DNA of 64,000 bases, taken from an uncultured bacterium (GTDB taxonomy: Bacteria; Armatimonadota; Abditibacteriia; Abditibacteriales; Abditibacteriaceae). The stretch is taken from positions 3,546,375 through 3,610,374 of the forward strand of contig CAWJLW010000006.1 in NCBI GenBank assembly GCA_963843795.1. The letters are read 5' to 3'. This document shows, piece after piece, positions 1-10,931 of the stretch. The notes under the pieces are model-generated. The model did no database searches. It saw only the letters and a program-made list of their open reading frames with translations, and was not told the DNA's origin. Each line of letters starts with the position of its first letter. The stretch's first letter is position 1. A program made the position numbers and the translations under genes.

Positions 1-774
1 TGGCTGACCGTCGCGACGGGGCTGGGTTTGTATATGTCAGCGGGCGCTGCCAACGCGATTAACATGGTGTGCGAGCGCGATTTGGATTTGAAGATGGAGC
101 GCACGTCCAAGCGCCCGACCTTGACTTCCGTTGCGCCGCCCAAGGCGTTGTGGTTTGCTTTTGCATTGGCGATTGGCAGCTTTGCCTTGTTATGGAGTGC
201 GGCCAATTTGTTAGCGGCGCAAATGGCCTTGTCCGGCCTTGTGGTTTACGTTATTGTTTATACGCTGCTGCTCAAGCGACGGACGTGGAGCAATATCGTG
301 ATCGGCGGTGCGGCGGGCGCTTTTCCGCCGCTTGTGGGCTACGCCGCAGTAACGGACAGCTTGTCGCCGATGGCGTGGGTCTTGTTCAGCATCGTTTTCG
401 TGTGGACGCCGGTGCATTTTTGGGCGTTGGCTTTGTTGATTAAAGATGATTACGCCAAAGCCGGTGTGCCAATGTTACCTGTAGTGCAGGGCGATCGCAA
501 TACAACGGTGCAAATCGGCGCTTACACAATTGCAACGATCGCGATTTCGCTGTTGCCATTTGGTTTGCATGAGGGCGGTTTGAATGGAAGCGCCTCGAGC
601 GCGGGCTGGATTTATCTGGTTGCGGTAGTGGTGTTGAACGCAATTCTTACGCTACGTTCGATTCAGCTATATCAAAATCCCACTCGACCGCGCGCCAGTT
701 CCCTGTTTCACTATTCGATGTTGTATTTGGCGCTGCTATTTCTGGCGCTGGCCGTAGATCGTTCCGTTATTTAG
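1..774 (+). CDS. ctaB: Protoheme IX farnesyltransferase (heme O synthase), 5'-truncated by window edge
   Basis: Motifs NMVCERDLDLKMERTSKRP, LKRRTWSNIVIGGAAGAFPP, WTPVHFWALA, DYAKAGVPMLP; frame open from base 1. Confidence 0.95.
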   Translation, partial: WLTVATGLGLYMSAGAANAINMVCERDLDLKMERTSKRPTLTSVAPPKALWFAFALAIGSFALLWSAANLLAAQMALSGLVVYVIVYTLLLKRRTWSNIVIGGAAGAFPPLVGYAAVTDSLSPMAWVLFSIVFVWTPVHFWALALLIKDDYAKAGVPMLPVVQGDRNTTVQIGAYTIATIAISLLPFGLHEGGLNGSASSAGWIYLVAVVVLNAILTLRSIQLYQNPTRPRASSLFHYSMLYLALLFLALAVDRSVI

Positions 775-958
775 AATTTTTTGAGTTTGGCGAACTGGCA
801 AGTACTTGCAGGCCATTCCAAAGTGCTGCATATTATTTGGCAGCGATATTTTGAAAACGACGGGAAACGCAGTTTTAAAAAGCAGGTTGCCAGGCCAGTT
901 AAAAAGTAGTTAGAACGCAGGTAAAAAAAGTAGGCAGAAGAGAAGGCAAGAAAGCGCG

Positions 959-1813
959 ATGGCTCAAATTTTCTCACCCAGTTCCAATGTGGTTGCCAAG
1001 CTCAGCATCGTCGGTGCCTTGATGGCAGTGCCGGCGTTGGGTGCTTCCATTTACGGCATCAACATGGTGTATGGCTACAAATACTATGTTCCGGTCGAAC
1101 AACCGGTGCAGTTTTCGCATAAACATCACGTCGGTGATGATGGCATCGACTGCCGCTATTGCCACACTTCAGTCGAAAAATCGTTCAGCGCCGGTATGCC
1201 CTCAACGCATACCTGCATGAGCTGTCACTCGCAAATCTGGTCCGATAGCCCGGAATTGCAAGTGGTGCGCGCTTCGTATGCCAGCGGTCAGCCGCTGCGC
1301 TGGAACCGCGTGCACGACATGCCCGATTTCGTTTATTTCAATCACTCGATTCACATCAAAAAAGGCGTCGGTTGTGAAACCTGTCACGGTCGTGTGGATG
1401 AAAAGCCACTGATGTGGAAATCGCACTCGATGACGATGTCGTGGTGTTTGGATTGCCATCGCCAGCCCGAAAAATATTTGCGTCCACGCGAAGCCGTGTT
1501 TACGATGGGCTACGTGCCCGGAAAAACCACAACCAATGCCGCCGGTTCGATGGCGTTGGAGCCGAGGTCGATCAAAGATACGGTGAGTGGTCGCCAAGCA
1601 GCACTCAAGGGCATCACCTACGAACAATTGCGCGAAGGCGAAGAAAAAGGCGAAGCTGGCGCGAAGGGCGAAGCCGGCGCGAAGGGCGAGGCCGGCGCAC
1701 AAGCCGAAGCGCATGGTGGCATGACGCAGTTGCAAATCGGGCTGGATTTAAAGCGACAATACAAAATCCGCTCAGCGCGCGAACTGACCGATTGCGGCAC
1801 CTGTCACCGTTAA
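959..1813 (+). CDS. actA: Alternative complex III pentaheme cytochrome c subunit
   Basis: N-terminal TM; five CxxCH motifs (CRYCH, CMSCH, CETCH, CLDCH, CGTCH); QPVQFSHKHH and PDFVYFNHSIH. Confidence 0.93.
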   Translation: MAQIFSPSSNVVAKLSIVGALMAVPALGASIYGINMVYGYKYYVPVEQPVQFSHKHHVGDDGIDCRYCHTSVEKSFSAGMPSTHTCMSCHSQIWSDSPELQVVRASYASGQPLRWNRVHDMPDFVYFNHSIHIKKGVGCETCHGRVDEKPLMWKSHSMTMSWCLDCHRQPEKYLRPREAVFTMGYVPGKTTTNAAGSMALEPRSIKDTVSGRQAALKGITYEQLREGEEKGEAGAKGEAGAKGEAGAQAEAHGGMTQLQIGLDLKRQYKIRSARELTDCGTCHR

Positions 1814-1968
1814 AAGGTCAACATCAGAACGCCAGCGCTATTGAAGCGCAAACGTTAAAAGATCACGCAAGCAAAAGATCACGCAAGCACAGGCAAGTAC
1901 TTGCAGCGCACCGGCACGTACTTGCGAGAACAAATACAGTTGGGTTTGTAGGACAGTTAAGGAAAAAG

Positions 1969-4900
1969 ATGTCGAATCCGTTGATTCAAATCCTCGACCG
2001 CACCGGGAAAAACAAGAATGTGCCGCTTGAAAAGGCTTTGGAAGCAGAGGTTTCCGCGCCTCTGGATTTGGCCGCTGTGCGCGCCAAACTGGCGCAGCAA
2101 AATGGCCGCACTTATTGGCGCAGCTTAGAAGAGTTGGCTGGCGACGATGAGTTTAATGGCTTCTTGGAGCGCGAATTCCCGCGTCAGGCACCGCGCGACA
2201 TGGCACCGCTGGCGCGCCGCGACTTTCTCAAGTTGATGGGCGCTTCGCTGGCCCTAGCCGGAGTTTCCGGTTGCGCGTTTCAGCCCGCAGAGCAAATCGT
2301 CGGTTATGTCAAGGCACCCGAAGACATGATTCCCGGCGTGCCACAATTTTACGCGACCGCGATGACGATGGGCGGTTATGCCATCGGCCTTTTGGCCGAA
2401 AGTAACATGGGTCGCCCAACCAAAATCGAAGGCAACCCCAGTCATCCGTCGAGTTTGGGCGCGACTGATATTTTCGCTCAGGCCTCGATTTTGGGTTTAT
2501 ACGATCCGGGTCGTTCCAAAGCCTTGCGCAAACTGCGCGATAACGCGACGTGGGAAGATTTCACCGGCGCTGTACAAGAATTGGCGACTCAGCTTCAAGG
2601 CACTGGAGGTGCCGGTTTTCATCTGTTGACGGAAACCATCACTTCGCCAACACTTGGTAACCAGATCGCGCAATTGAAGGCCGCGTTTCCGCAGATGCAA
2701 TGGCATCAATACGAGCCCAACACGCGCGACGGGGCGCGCGCTGGAACGCAGCAAGCCTTCGGTGTTCCGACGCATCTCGTCTATCATTTCGACCGCGCCG
2801 ACCGCGTTCTTTCTTTGGATTCCAACTTTTTGGGCGATGAGCCGGGTTCGGTCCGTTATGCACGCGATTTCACCGACCGCCGCCGCGCTCGTCAGGGCAC
2901 CAAAAATATCAACCGGATGTATATGGTGGAAAGCACGCCGACTATCACCGGTGCGATGGCCGACCATCGGTTGGCGGTGAGTGGCAGCGCGGTGCAAACC
3001 ATCGCTCAGGCTCTGGCTGCCAAGATTGGTGCGCCCGGCGTGAATGCTCCAGAGGGCTTGAATCAAACGCAGCAGAAATGGGTCGATGCCTGCGCAGCAG
3101 ATTTGAAAACCGCTCAAGGGCGTGCCGTTGTGATCGCGGGTGGTCACCAGAGCGCGGAAGTTCACGTTTTGGCGCACGCTATCAATAGCGCTCTGGGCGC
3201 ATTGAACACCACAGTCACCGGACATGAACCGGTCGAAATCGCGCCGGTCGAAGCCGCTCCGTTTCAACAAGCGCAATCGTTACAATCTCTGGCCCGCGCG
3301 ATTCAAAGCGGTCGTGCCAAAGTGCTTTTGATGTTGGGTGGTAATCCGGCCTTCAGTGCGCCCGCCGATTTGAAATTTGGCGATGTGCTGGAGAAGGCAG
3401 TTCTGCGCAAGGCCAATCCTTTGGTCGCGATTCATCTCAGTACCGACGACAACGAAACTTCGGTGCGTAGCACATGGCACATTCCCGAAACGCACTATCT
3501 GGAAAGCTGGGGCGATGCGCGTGGGCATGACGGCACGGTTTCAATTGTCCAGCCGCTGATTCAGCCCCTGTATCCGCAGGCGCGCAACGCTTATGAAGTG
3601 CTCGGCGCCTTTCAAGTGCCGACAGCGCAGGGGATCGTCGCACAACCCAACGCGCTGCAACCGCAATATAATCCCGATCGCTCGGCGCTGGAGATTGTGC
3701 AGGGCTACTGGCAAAACGCACGCGGCAGTGGCGCAGGCAATACCGCTAACAATGCGGCGACGATGGGCCTTGATGTGACCGCTGGCGATTCGGCTTCGGC
3801 GATCACAGCGTTCCAAAAGCAGTGGCAGACCTGGTTGCACGACGGTGTGGTGCCCAATTCGGCCTCACCGCAACGCACGTTGACTTTCACCGGCAATGTG
3901 GCTGGCTTGGCCGCCCCAAAAACCGGTGGCATGGAAGTGATGTTCCGCCCCGATCCGACAATTTGGGACGGGCGTTTCCTGAACAATGCCTGGCTGCAGG
4001 AATTGCCCAAGCCGCTGATCAAAACCACTTGGGACAATACGGTTTTGCTGCCATTTTCGATGGCGGAAAAATTGGGTGTTACCGACGATGATCTGGTGAA
4101 CGTCAAAGTCGGCGACACTTTCGTGCAGTTGCCAGTGACGATTGCGCCCGGACATCCCGAAAACAGCGTGACTGTGCATTACGGCTATGGCCGCACGCGC
4201 GCCGGTGTGGTCGGAAATGGCACCGGACACGACGTGATGTCGTTGCGCAGCGGGCAAAATATGAACTGGGCGCCGGTCGAAGTTACCAAGGCGGGCGGAC
4301 GTTTCCGCGTGGCGCGCACCGCGCATCACAACATTATCGACAATCGCACCAATAAAATAGACGGTCTGCACGACCGCGAATTGATTCAAAGCGCGACCAT
4401 CGAACAGTTCGCCGCCGATCCGAAAAGCGTGGTTGGCGAAGAAGTCACGACGGCATTGCCGGTTGTGGGCTTGATCCAGCAGGGCAAAATCAATACGGGC
4501 TTGGAACACGAAGCCGGTGGCGATGGAGGCGTCGATGCGGGCGAACACGAGGGCGCAGAGAAAGCTCCCGGATTTCCGTCTTTGTATCCGCAGGGCCGCG
4601 ACTCGGTTTTGAACGATGAAAATATTCCCTATGCGTGGGGAATGTCGATTGACACCAGCACTTGCGTTGGTTGTAACGCGTGCGTGATCGCCTGCCAGTC
4701 GGAAAACAACAGCGCGGTCACCGGCAAAAGCCAGGTGATGATGGGTCGCGAAATGCACTGGTTGCGCATCGACACTTATTATCACGGCGACGTGAGCAAC
4801 CCGGATGTGTATTTTCAGCCGGTGATGTGCATGCACTGCGAAAAAGCGCCGTGCGAGCCAGTGTGTCCGGTTGTGGCAACGCAACACTCACCCGAGGGCA

Positions 4901-5463
4901 TCAACGAAATGGTGTATAACCGTTGTATCGGCACGCGTTACTGCTCGAACAACTGTCCGTATAAAGTGCGCCGTTTCAACTACTTGCAGTATTCCGAGCA
5001 GAATACGCCGCAAATCGAATTGATGGCGAACCCGGATGTCACGGTGCGCGCGCGCGGCGTGATGGAAAAATGCACTTACTGCATCCAGCGCGTGCAGGAA
5101 GCCAAGATTCAGGCTGAAAAAGAAGATCGCACGGTGCGCGATGGCGAAATCGTGACCGCGTGCCAGCAATCGTGCCCGACCAATGCGATTATCTTCGGCG
5201 ACATCCGTAACGAGAAATCGCAGGTGGCGCAGTTGAAAAAACAGCCGCATTCTTACGGCATGTTGACCGAACTGAACACTTATCCGCGCACGACTTATCT
5301 CGCGAAAATTCACAATCCCAATCCGGCTTTAAAAGAAGCCGTCGAGCCGGACAGCGAATACCTGCATCCCGCTGATTTCGCCGGTGAAGGCAGCGAACAC
5401 GCTGGAAGCGAACATGCTGGAAGCGAACATGCTGGAGCGGTTCACGCCGGAGCCGAACATTAA
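1969..5463 (+). CDS. actB: Alternative complex III ActB (molybdopterin-oxidoreductase-like domain + Fe-S domain)
   Basis: YWRSLEEL and Tat motif RRDFLKLMGAS; GRPTKIEGNP; C-terminal Fe-S motifs CVGCNACVIAC, CMHCEKAPCEPVCP, CIGTRYCSNNCP, CTYC; start placed at ATG 1969 behind AAGGAA. Confidence 0.93.
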   Translation: MSNPLIQILDRTGKNKNVPLEKALEAEVSAPLDLAAVRAKLAQQNGRTYWRSLEELAGDDEFNGFLEREFPRQAPRDMAPLARRDFLKLMGASLALAGVSGCAFQPAEQIVGYVKAPEDMIPGVPQFYATAMTMGGYAIGLLAESNMGRPTKIEGNPSHPSSLGATDIFAQASILGLYDPGRSKALRKLRDNATWEDFTGAVQELATQLQGTGGAGFHLLTETITSPTLGNQIAQLKAAFPQMQWHQYEPNTRDGARAGTQQAFGVPTHLVYHFDRADRVLSLDSNFLGDEPGSVRYARDFTDRRRARQGTKNINRMYMVESTPTITGAMADHRLAVSGSAVQTIAQALAAKIGAPGVNAPEGLNQTQQKWVDACAADLKTAQGRAVVIAGGHQSAEVHVLAHAINSALGALNTTVTGHEPVEIAPVEAAPFQQAQSLQSLARAIQSGRAKVLLMLGGNPAFSAPADLKFGDVLEKAVLRKANPLVAIHLSTDDNETSVRSTWHIPETHYLESWGDARGHDGTVSIVQPLIQPLYPQARNAYEVLGAFQVPTAQGIVAQPNALQPQYNPDRSALEIVQGYWQNARGSGAGNTANNAATMGLDVTAGDSASAITAFQKQWQTWLHDGVVPNSASPQRTLTFTGNVAGLAAPKTGGMEVMFRPDPTIWDGRFLNNAWLQELPKPLIKTTWDNTVLLPFSMAEKLGVTDDDLVNVKVGDTFVQLPVTIAPGHPENSVTVHYGYGRTRAGVVGNGTGHDVMSLRSGQNMNWAPVEVTKAGGRFRVARTAHHNIIDNRTNKIDGLHDRELIQSATIEQFAADPKSVVGEEVTTALPVVGLIQQGKINTGLEHEAGGDGGVDAGEHEGAEKAPGFPSLYPQGRDSVLNDENIPYAWGMSIDTSTCVGCNACVIACQSENNSAVTGKSQVMMGREMHWLRIDTYYHGDVSNPDVYFQPVMCMHCEKAPCEPVCPVVATQHSPEGINEMVYNRCIGTRYCSNNCPYKVRRFNYLQYSEQNTPQIELMANPDVTVRARGVMEKCTYCIQRVQEAKIQAEKEDRTVRDGEIVTACQQSCPTNAIIFGDIRNEKSQVAQLKKQPHSYGMLTELNTYPRTTYLAKIHNPNPALKEAVEPDSEYLHPADFAGEGSEHAGSEHAGSEHAGAVHAGAEH

Positions 5464-5632
5464 AATACCGTGCAAGTACTTGCAGCGCAGAATTGATGTT
5501 CAAACATCTGTTGCAAGTACTTGCAAGCCACAATTGGAATGTAAATAAAGCCGCAATATTCGTAGAAAAGTGTTGAAAGGGAAGTTCCCGACCGCGAGCT
5601 GCAAACTCGTGGTGCGATGAGGAAAAGCAAGC

Positions 5633-7223
5633 ATGGCTGTTCACGATATCAAACCAGAACATTCGCCCGCCCACAACGACCATGGCCATAACGGCAATGG
5701 CCGCAACGGCACTTACATTGAAGGCGTCGGCGCGGCGGGTGCACCGGTCTTACCGCCGGATGAAACTCTCGCGATTATCGGCAAGGGCCATAATCTCGAA
5801 TCCGTTACCGCCAAGATCGCCAACGTGGTCTTGAAAGAGCGCGTCAAGCCTGGATACGTGTTGTTTCTGGCTGTCGCCGTTTTCTTTTTGGCCATGATGC
5901 TGGTTTCCATTTTGGGCGTTATCCTGATGGGCGTTGGATTATGGGGTAACAACGTTCCCGTGGCGTGGGCGTGGGACATTATCAACTTCGTGTGGTGGAT
6001 CGGTATCGGTCACGCCGGAACCCTGATTTCCGCGATCTTGCTTTTGCTCCATCAAAATTGGCGAACGTCGTATCAACCGATTCGCCGAAGCGATGACGAT
6101 TTTCGCGGTTATTTGCGCGGCGATGTATCCCGCGATGCACATTGGACGGCATCAGGTCTTTTACTGGCTCATGCCGCTGCCCAACTCAATGGGTATGTAT
6201 CCGCAGTTTCGCTCGCCGCTCGAATGGGACTTTTTCGCGGTTTCGACTTACGCGACGGTTTCGATTTTGTTCTGGTATGTCGGTTTGATTCCCGACCTTG
6301 CCACGATGCGCGACCGCGCGAAAAGTCGTTTCGGAAAAGTGATGTATGGCGCGTTTTGTCTGGGCTGGCGCGGAAGTGCCAAGCACTGGCATCGCTATAT
6401 GGCGCTGTATGTGATTCTGGCGGGTATTTCGACTCCGCTGGTGTTGTCGGTTCACTCGACGATTTCGTTTGACTTCGCGGTCGGCATTATCCCCGGCTGG
6501 CACACCACGATCTTCCCGCCTTACTTCGTGGCCGGCGCGTTGGTCGGCGGTTTCGCGATGGTGTTAATTCTAGCGATTCCACTGCGTGCGCTTTACGGTT
6601 TGAAAGACCTCATCACGATGCGGCATCTGGAAAACTGTGCCAAAGTGATGCTGGCGAGTGCCTTGGTCGTAGCCTATGGCTACGCGCTAGAAATTTTCAT
6701 CGCGTGGTACAGCGCCGACACTTACGAGCTTTACAACACTTTCACAACGCGATTAGGCTTTAGCAACGGCAGGTGGTTTGGGCCGGGCGCGAGTCCGTAT
6801 GCGTGGACTTATTACGCGCTTTGGTTTTGCAACGGTGTCGCTCCGCAATTGCTTTGGATTCGCAAAGTGCGCACGAATGTAATCTGGTTGTTTGTGATTT
6901 CGATCATCTTGTCGATTGGCATGTGGCTCGAGCGTTGGGTCATTATCTCGCTTTCCTTGACGCGCGACTTTCTGCCATCCTCGTGGGGCTTTTATTCTCC
7001 CACGGTTTGGGACATGGCGCTCTATGCGGGAACTTTCGGTTTGTTTTTCACCCTGTTCCTGTTGTTCGTGCGCTTTGTTCCCGTTATTGCAATTGCCGAA
7101 GTGCGCGAAGTGGCGCACCACGAAATGCATCATGGTCACGACGACGATCATCATGGACACAACGGGCACGACGCGGGTGAGCATGCGCCCCGCTTAGGCG
7201 ATGCGCAGGGGGTGACGGCATGA
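5633..7223 (+). CDS. actC: Alternative complex III ActC (NrfD/PsrC family); +1 frameshift near 6071
   Basis: [23 protein letters not shown], then conserved [13 protein letters not shown] is restored by removing one base at ~6071; [29 protein letters not shown]. Confidence 0.92.
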
Positions 7224-7885
7224 GCCAGATTCAATCGAGCGGCGCTCCTGAAGGCGCGCCCAGCGAAACCGGTGCGGCAACCGCCCATTCGGAATTGGCT
7301 TTGACTGAAGATATTTACACGGTCGGACCAGTGTTCGATCCGTTGACCGGCAATCCCACCGATTTGCACGGTATCATGATCGAGTTCGATGAGACGCAGC
7401 CGTTAATCGATGCGGTCAACAAGGCTTATGCCGCGGGTTATCGCAAATTGGATTGTTATTCGCCGATTCCGGTTGAGGGCTTGACTGATGCGATGCGTTT
7501 TAAGGATAAAAAAGTGCCCGGCCTGATGTTCTTGGGCGGCCTGACCGGTTGTAGTCTGGCTTTCTTACTGCAATTGTCGGGTATGGCGTGGTTTTATCCG
7601 GTTAATATCGGCGGCAAGCCCTTGTTCTCGTGGCCACAATATATTGTGCCGTGTTTTGAAATGACGATTTTGTTCACCGCCCTGACCGGCGTGTTTTCAA
7701 TGATCGTCTTGAACGGCTTGCCGACATTGTATCATCCGGTTTTCAACGTGCCCGGCTTTGAGGCCGCCTCGTCGGATCGCTTCTTTTTGTGCTTGGAAAG
7801 CGAAGATGCCAATTTCGACCGCACCGCAACCTTGCAGTTCGCGCGCACTCTGGGTGGTTTGCGCGTGGCGGAGGTGGCGCGTTAA
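7220..7885 (+). CDS. actD: Alternative complex III ActD (DUF3341 family)
   Basis: YSPIPVEGL, YPVNIGGKPLFSWP, FEMTILF; ATGA overlap with actC. Confidence 0.9.
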   Translation: MSQIQSSGAPEGAPSETGAATAHSELALTEDIYTVGPVFDPLTGNPTDLHGIMIEFDETQPLIDAVNKAYAAGYRKLDCYSPIPVEGLTDAMRFKDKKVPGLMFLGGLTGCSLAFLLQLSGMAWFYPVNIGGKPLFSWPQYIVPCFEMTILFTALTGVFSMIVLNGLPTLYHPVFNVPGFEAASSDRFFLCLESEDANFDRTATLQFARTLGGLRVAEVAR

Positions 7886-8815
7886 ATGAAGCGAATTTCT
7901 TTGATGACACCTAACTTTTTAATGCCGCGCTACGGGAAAAATCCGCGCAAAAGTTCGCTGCAAGTACTTGCAGTCGCCTTGTTGGGCGCGACGCTGCTGC
8001 CCGGTTGTGCGCGCGACTACACGTTCTCGCCTGTCGATATGTGGAATCGCTCGCGTTTAAAGCCCTACGAACCGGTCAACTTTTTTGATAATAACCTGTC
8101 GTCGCGTCCTTTACCCGCAGGCACGGTAGCGCGCGGAAACTTGCAAACCGACGACGCGATGTTTCGCGGCGTGCGTAACGAGCGCTTCGTAACCGAAATT
8201 CCGGCTGCGATTCGCGCCAAGTTCTCGCAGAAAGAATTGGAGCAGCGCGGCCAAGAACGTTACAACATTTATTGTACGATGTGTCATGGTGCAGCCGGAC
8301 ACGGAGACGGCATGGTCGTGCAGCGCGGTTTTTCGCCGCCGCCCGATTATCGCATCGCGCGTTTGCGCCAAGCTCCGGTCGGCCATTTCTTCAACGTCAT
8401 TACTCACGGTTATGGCGCGATGTATTCGTATTCGACGCGTGTGCCGGTGCAAGATCGCTGGGCGATTGCCGCTTATATTCGCAGCTTGCAACGAGTGCAG
8501 CCCGAAGTTGTGGAAGATGTTCGCTACAAAAATAATGCGCGCCAGAATGGTATGAATGGTAGTGGTATGAACGGTAGCGGTATGAATGGTAGCGGCATGG
8601 GCGGTAGCGGCATGATGGACGAGCAGGGCGGGACATCGGCAGCGCCGCAAAATACTGGCAGCGAAGTTGGCGCGGGCGAGAGTCTGGGTTCGACCGAAAC
8701 CGGTGGCAGCGCGTCGCAATCGCGGACGGGTCAGCAAGTACCCGGATCAAAAAATCCGATGCAAGCCGTGCCGCCACTTGGAACCGGAGTCACCGAAGGT
8801 TTACGAGGGCGCTAA
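7886..8815 (+). CDS. actE: Alternative complex III ActE monoheme cytochrome c lipoprotein
   Basis: Lipobox LLPGC, PAGTVARG, CTMCH, DRWAIAAYIRSLQ; low-complexity tail with GMNGS repeats. Confidence 0.9.
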   Translation: MKRISLMTPNFLMPRYGKNPRKSSLQVLAVALLGATLLPGCARDYTFSPVDMWNRSRLKPYEPVNFFDNNLSSRPLPAGTVARGNLQTDDAMFRGVRNERFVTEIPAAIRAKFSQKELEQRGQERYNIYCTMCHGAAGHGDGMVVQRGFSPPPDYRIARLRQAPVGHFFNVITHGYGAMYSYSTRVPVQDRWAIAAYIRSLQRVQPEVVEDVRYKNNARQNGMNGSGMNGSGMNGSGMGGSGMMDEQGGTSAAPQNTGSEVGAGESLGSTETGGSASQSRTGQQVPGSKNPMQAVPPLGTGVTEGLRGR

Positions 8816-8952
8816 AGCAGTTGCATTTTTAACACCGCATGGCCAAGACGCGTTGGATGACGCTTCTGGCAAACAATGTCGCAACGAAGTTTCGCAGCCG
8901 CGAGCGGCAAATACTTGCAGCCTGTGAACGCGAAATGCAGGACAGAATTTGT

Positions 8953-10233
8953 ATGAACAGCATTGATTTAATTCGTCCCCAACTCAACCGCATTCAAAGC
9001 TTAGCGATGCCGATCGGTATCGTGGGCCTGATTTTGACCGTCATCGGCTTTTTCATTAGCCCCGCGACGTTCTTTCCGGTTTATCTGGTTGCCTTCATGT
9101 TGTGGTTCGGCGTCACGCTCGGCTCAATCGCGTGGCTTCTGATTCACCATGTAGCGGGCAGCGGCGCGTTCTTCCTGATTCGACGTTTGCTCGAAGCGGG
9201 TGCGCGCAACTTGCCGATGATGGCCATTTTGTTCGTGCCCATCGCCCTCACCACAATCGTGCCGAGCCTGCACTTTTATCCGTGGACCGATGCTGCGCAC
9301 GTCGCGGGCGATCACGTCTTGGAATTCAAAAGCCCTTATCTGAACGTGCCGTTCTGGTTGATGCGTGCCGTGTTTTATTTCGCGGTATGGTTCGTGACAC
9401 TGGTATTGTTGCTGAACTGGGGCAAGAAGCAGGCTGAGGGCGATTTGAGCGCGACGCACAAATTGTCGATGTGGGGCGCTGTGGGCTTGTTGATGTACGT
9501 CTTCACCGTGACTTTCGCGGCGTTCGACTGGGTGATGTCGCTGACTCCGCACTGGTTTTCTTCGCTTTTTGGCGTGATCTTTATCGTCGGGCAAGGTTTG
9601 TCGACTTTGTGCTTGATGCACGTCATGATTACCAAGTTGACTGAGGGAACCGCACTCACTGATTTCGTGCCCCAGCGTTATTTTCGCGACCTGGGCAACA
9701 TGACGCTCGCGTTCACATTGCTGTGGGCGTATACCAATTTTTCGCAGTATGTAATTATCTGGTCGGGCAACATCGGCGAGGAAGCTTCTTGGTATGTTCC
9801 GCGCATTCAAACCAACTGGGTGATTATCGGTGGCTTTTTGATCGCCTGCCATTTCGCCCTGCCGTTTTTGACGCTGCTTTCGTCGAGTGTGAAAGTGCGC
9901 ATTCAAAATCTGGCCAAGCTGGCGTTGTGGATTCTCTTGATGCGCTACATCGACATGAACTTTTATATCACGGCGACTTTTGCGCCCAACTTGTTCGGTA
10001 ACGCGATTCCGGGTTACACGCCAGTGAGTCCGCAATTGGGATCGGCGAACTGGCTGGCTGGCATCGGTTCGATGCTCGGCATGGGCGGTTTGTGGATGTG
10101 GGCCTGGGCGCGCAATTTGAAACAAAGCCCCGATTTATTGGCCGCTGGCGATCCGCGTTTCGTGGGTCAATATGAATTGCCCGAATCGGCGACGGATGAG
10201 CCGTCCAATCAAGGAGTTGTCGCACATGGCTGA
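8953..10233 (+). CDS. actF: Alternative complex III ActF membrane subunit
   Basis: Multi-TM; K-x-x-YLNVPFW, DWVMSLTPHWFSSLFG, DLGN...WAYTNFSQYVIIWSGNIGEE. Confidence 0.88.
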   Translation: MNSIDLIRPQLNRIQSLAMPIGIVGLILTVIGFFISPATFFPVYLVAFMLWFGVTLGSIAWLLIHHVAGSGAFFLIRRLLEAGARNLPMMAILFVPIALTTIVPSLHFYPWTDAAHVAGDHVLEFKSPYLNVPFWLMRAVFYFAVWFVTLVLLLNWGKKQAEGDLSATHKLSMWGAVGLLMYVFTVTFAAFDWVMSLTPHWFSSLFGVIFIVGQGLSTLCLMHVMITKLTEGTALTDFVPQRYFRDLGNMTLAFTLLWAYTNFSQYVIIWSGNIGEEASWYVPRIQTNWVIIGGFLIACHFALPFLTLLSSSVKVRIQNLAKLALWILLMRYIDMNFYITATFAPNLFGNAIPGYTPVSPQLGSANWLAGIGSMLGMGGLWMWAWARNLKQSPDLLAAGDPRFVGQYELPESATDEPSNQGVVAHG

Positions 10234-10825
10234 TATGATTCCTCAAGGCACGCAAGCCGAATCGGTGCCTTTCGGTCACGAGACTGCCGATGCCAATGTT
10301 AAATCGGTGTTTGTTTCGGTAGTTGTGTTGTTATCTTCGGTTGCTGTTGTGATGTTGGCGATGCTGGGAATGTTCAACTATCTCAACCATCGCGAAATGG
10401 CCAAGGATGCCAATGTGCCCGCGACTTTCGCGGTGCGCCAATTGCCGCCCGGCCCGCCGCTTTTGCCGTCGCCGCAAAAGGATATGCTGCCGTGGGCCGC
10501 GTATGCCGAAGAACGCGGAGCGCAGGAAGCGAGTGCGGCCAAGGCTGGGATTATCGATCCCGAAAGCGGTTATTATAAAGCTCCTGATAGCACAGCCAAG
10601 GGCGAAGCTGTGGTGGCAGAAACCCGCGATTATTTTCAAAAGAAATACGAGTGGGATTCTTCGCAAGGTCGTTACACTTACGATACGACGGGCGGAATTG
10701 GCTTGAAATCTTCCAATGAGCGCTTTGGTACTAATGGTTCGGAAGCGCCCGAAGCCATGTCGCCAAGCGAAAATTTGGTGCCCGAAGACCGCCGCGAAAT
10801 TGGAACCGAGCAGATCAAACACTGA
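10226..10825 (+). CDS. Single-TM protein, probable ActG-like small subunit
   Basis: GHETADAN then one TM helix and a Pro-rich segment; sits between actF and sco. Confidence 0.55.
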   Translation: MADMIPQGTQAESVPFGHETADANVKSVFVSVVVLLSSVAVVMLAMLGMFNYLNHREMAKDANVPATFAVRQLPPGPPLLPSPQKDMLPWAAYAEERGAQEASAAKAGIIDPESGYYKAPDSTAKGEAVVAETRDYFQKKYEWDSSQGRYTYDTTGGIGLKSSNERFGTNGSEAPEAMSPSENLVPEDRREIGTEQIKH

Positions 10826-10931
10826 AAATCGAAAGAGTCAACCGAGCCGCTAGTTTTGCAACGTGTTGTTAAAGCGCAGTGCAATAACGAAAAGTTGGAA
10901 ACGGCAGAAGGTTCTGCCGGTCGGAGAAGTC

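Noticed and set aside
1414..1968. Long N-terminal extension of ActB in the ORF track
   Set aside because: Overlaps actA in another frame and crosses an intergenic palindrome; ATG 1969 has an RBS and precedes the family N-terminus
3865..4887. Long antisense ORFs (also 9124-10125, 13942-14979, 36006-36779)
   Set aside because: Shadows of well-supported genes on the opposite strand with no recognisable motifs
6060..6095. Programmed frameshift in actC
   Set aside because: No slippery run or stimulatory structure; similar indels occur throughout the window
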